The notes beneath the pieces were generated by a model. It did no database searches. It had not been told where the DNA came from and was given only the letters and a program-made list of their open reading frames with translations. Shown here piece after piece: positions 63,774 to 64,000 of a DNA stretch of 64,000 nucleotides. A program made the position numbers and the translations under genes. The DNA is taken from NCBI GenBank assembly GCA_963728595.1, contig CAVSLF010000004.1, forward strand, positions 1 to 64,000, given 5' to 3'. Each line of letters starts with the position of its first letter. Within the stretch, counting starts at the first letter, position 1. The stretch comes from an uncultured Nitrososphaeraceae archaeon. GTDB lineage: Archaea > Thermoproteota > Nitrososphaeria > Nitrososphaerales > Nitrososphaeraceae.

Positions 63774-63962
63774 TTATTTCCTGTTCAACTCTTCAACTAC
63801 GTTATAACACTCACTTACATTCGCAATCTTTCGACACTCCTTAAATTGACTAGTATTTGAGTTTGCCTTCAAATCTAAATTTCTTCCCGCATTATAATTA
63901 TAGACAGCTAAAACTATCAATGAGATTATCATTATTAAGAGTAACAGATTACGAATTGTCAT
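63774..63962 (-). CDS. Small membrane-anchored protein
   Basis: N-terminal TM helix, two Cys. Confidence 0.5.
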   Translation of the reverse strand: MTIRNLLLLIMIISLIVLAVYNYNAGRNLDLKANSNTSQFKECRKIANVSECYNVVEELNRK

Positions 63963-64000
63963 ATCATTATCGATCTAAGTCATGATATATGAATGAAGGT

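Overview
AT-rich archaeal genomic DNA whose gene content points to a soil ammonia-oxidising archaeon of the Nitrososphaeraceae (inference). Supporting content includes PsbP-like secreted proteins, F420-dependent LLM and PPOX enzymes, a MEDS sensor, GYD and DUF1059 proteins, an expanded wHTH family and apparently leaderless genes behind TATA boxes. No rRNA, intact tRNA, CRISPR array or intact transposase was found. The first ~13.3 kb looks like a decayed integrated-element region. It holds a likely integrase N-terminal remnant and an intact overlapping small/large terminase-like pair (5504-7364) with no recognisable portal, capsid or tail genes in the window. It also holds two further truncated copies of the small-subunit gene sharing a promoter, two families of short dispersed non-coding repeats sitting between cargo genes, and several zinc-finger mini-genes. 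The rest is accessory genome: secreted sequon-rich proteins with intragenic tandem repeats, metallophosphoesterases, redox enzymes, sensors, a tandem DUF488-like pair, a Tat-exported bicupin, HtrA and TPR proteins. Many genes carry 1-2 nt frameshifts, which may be pseudogenisation or assembly indels. All family calls are from motif recognition, not database searches.
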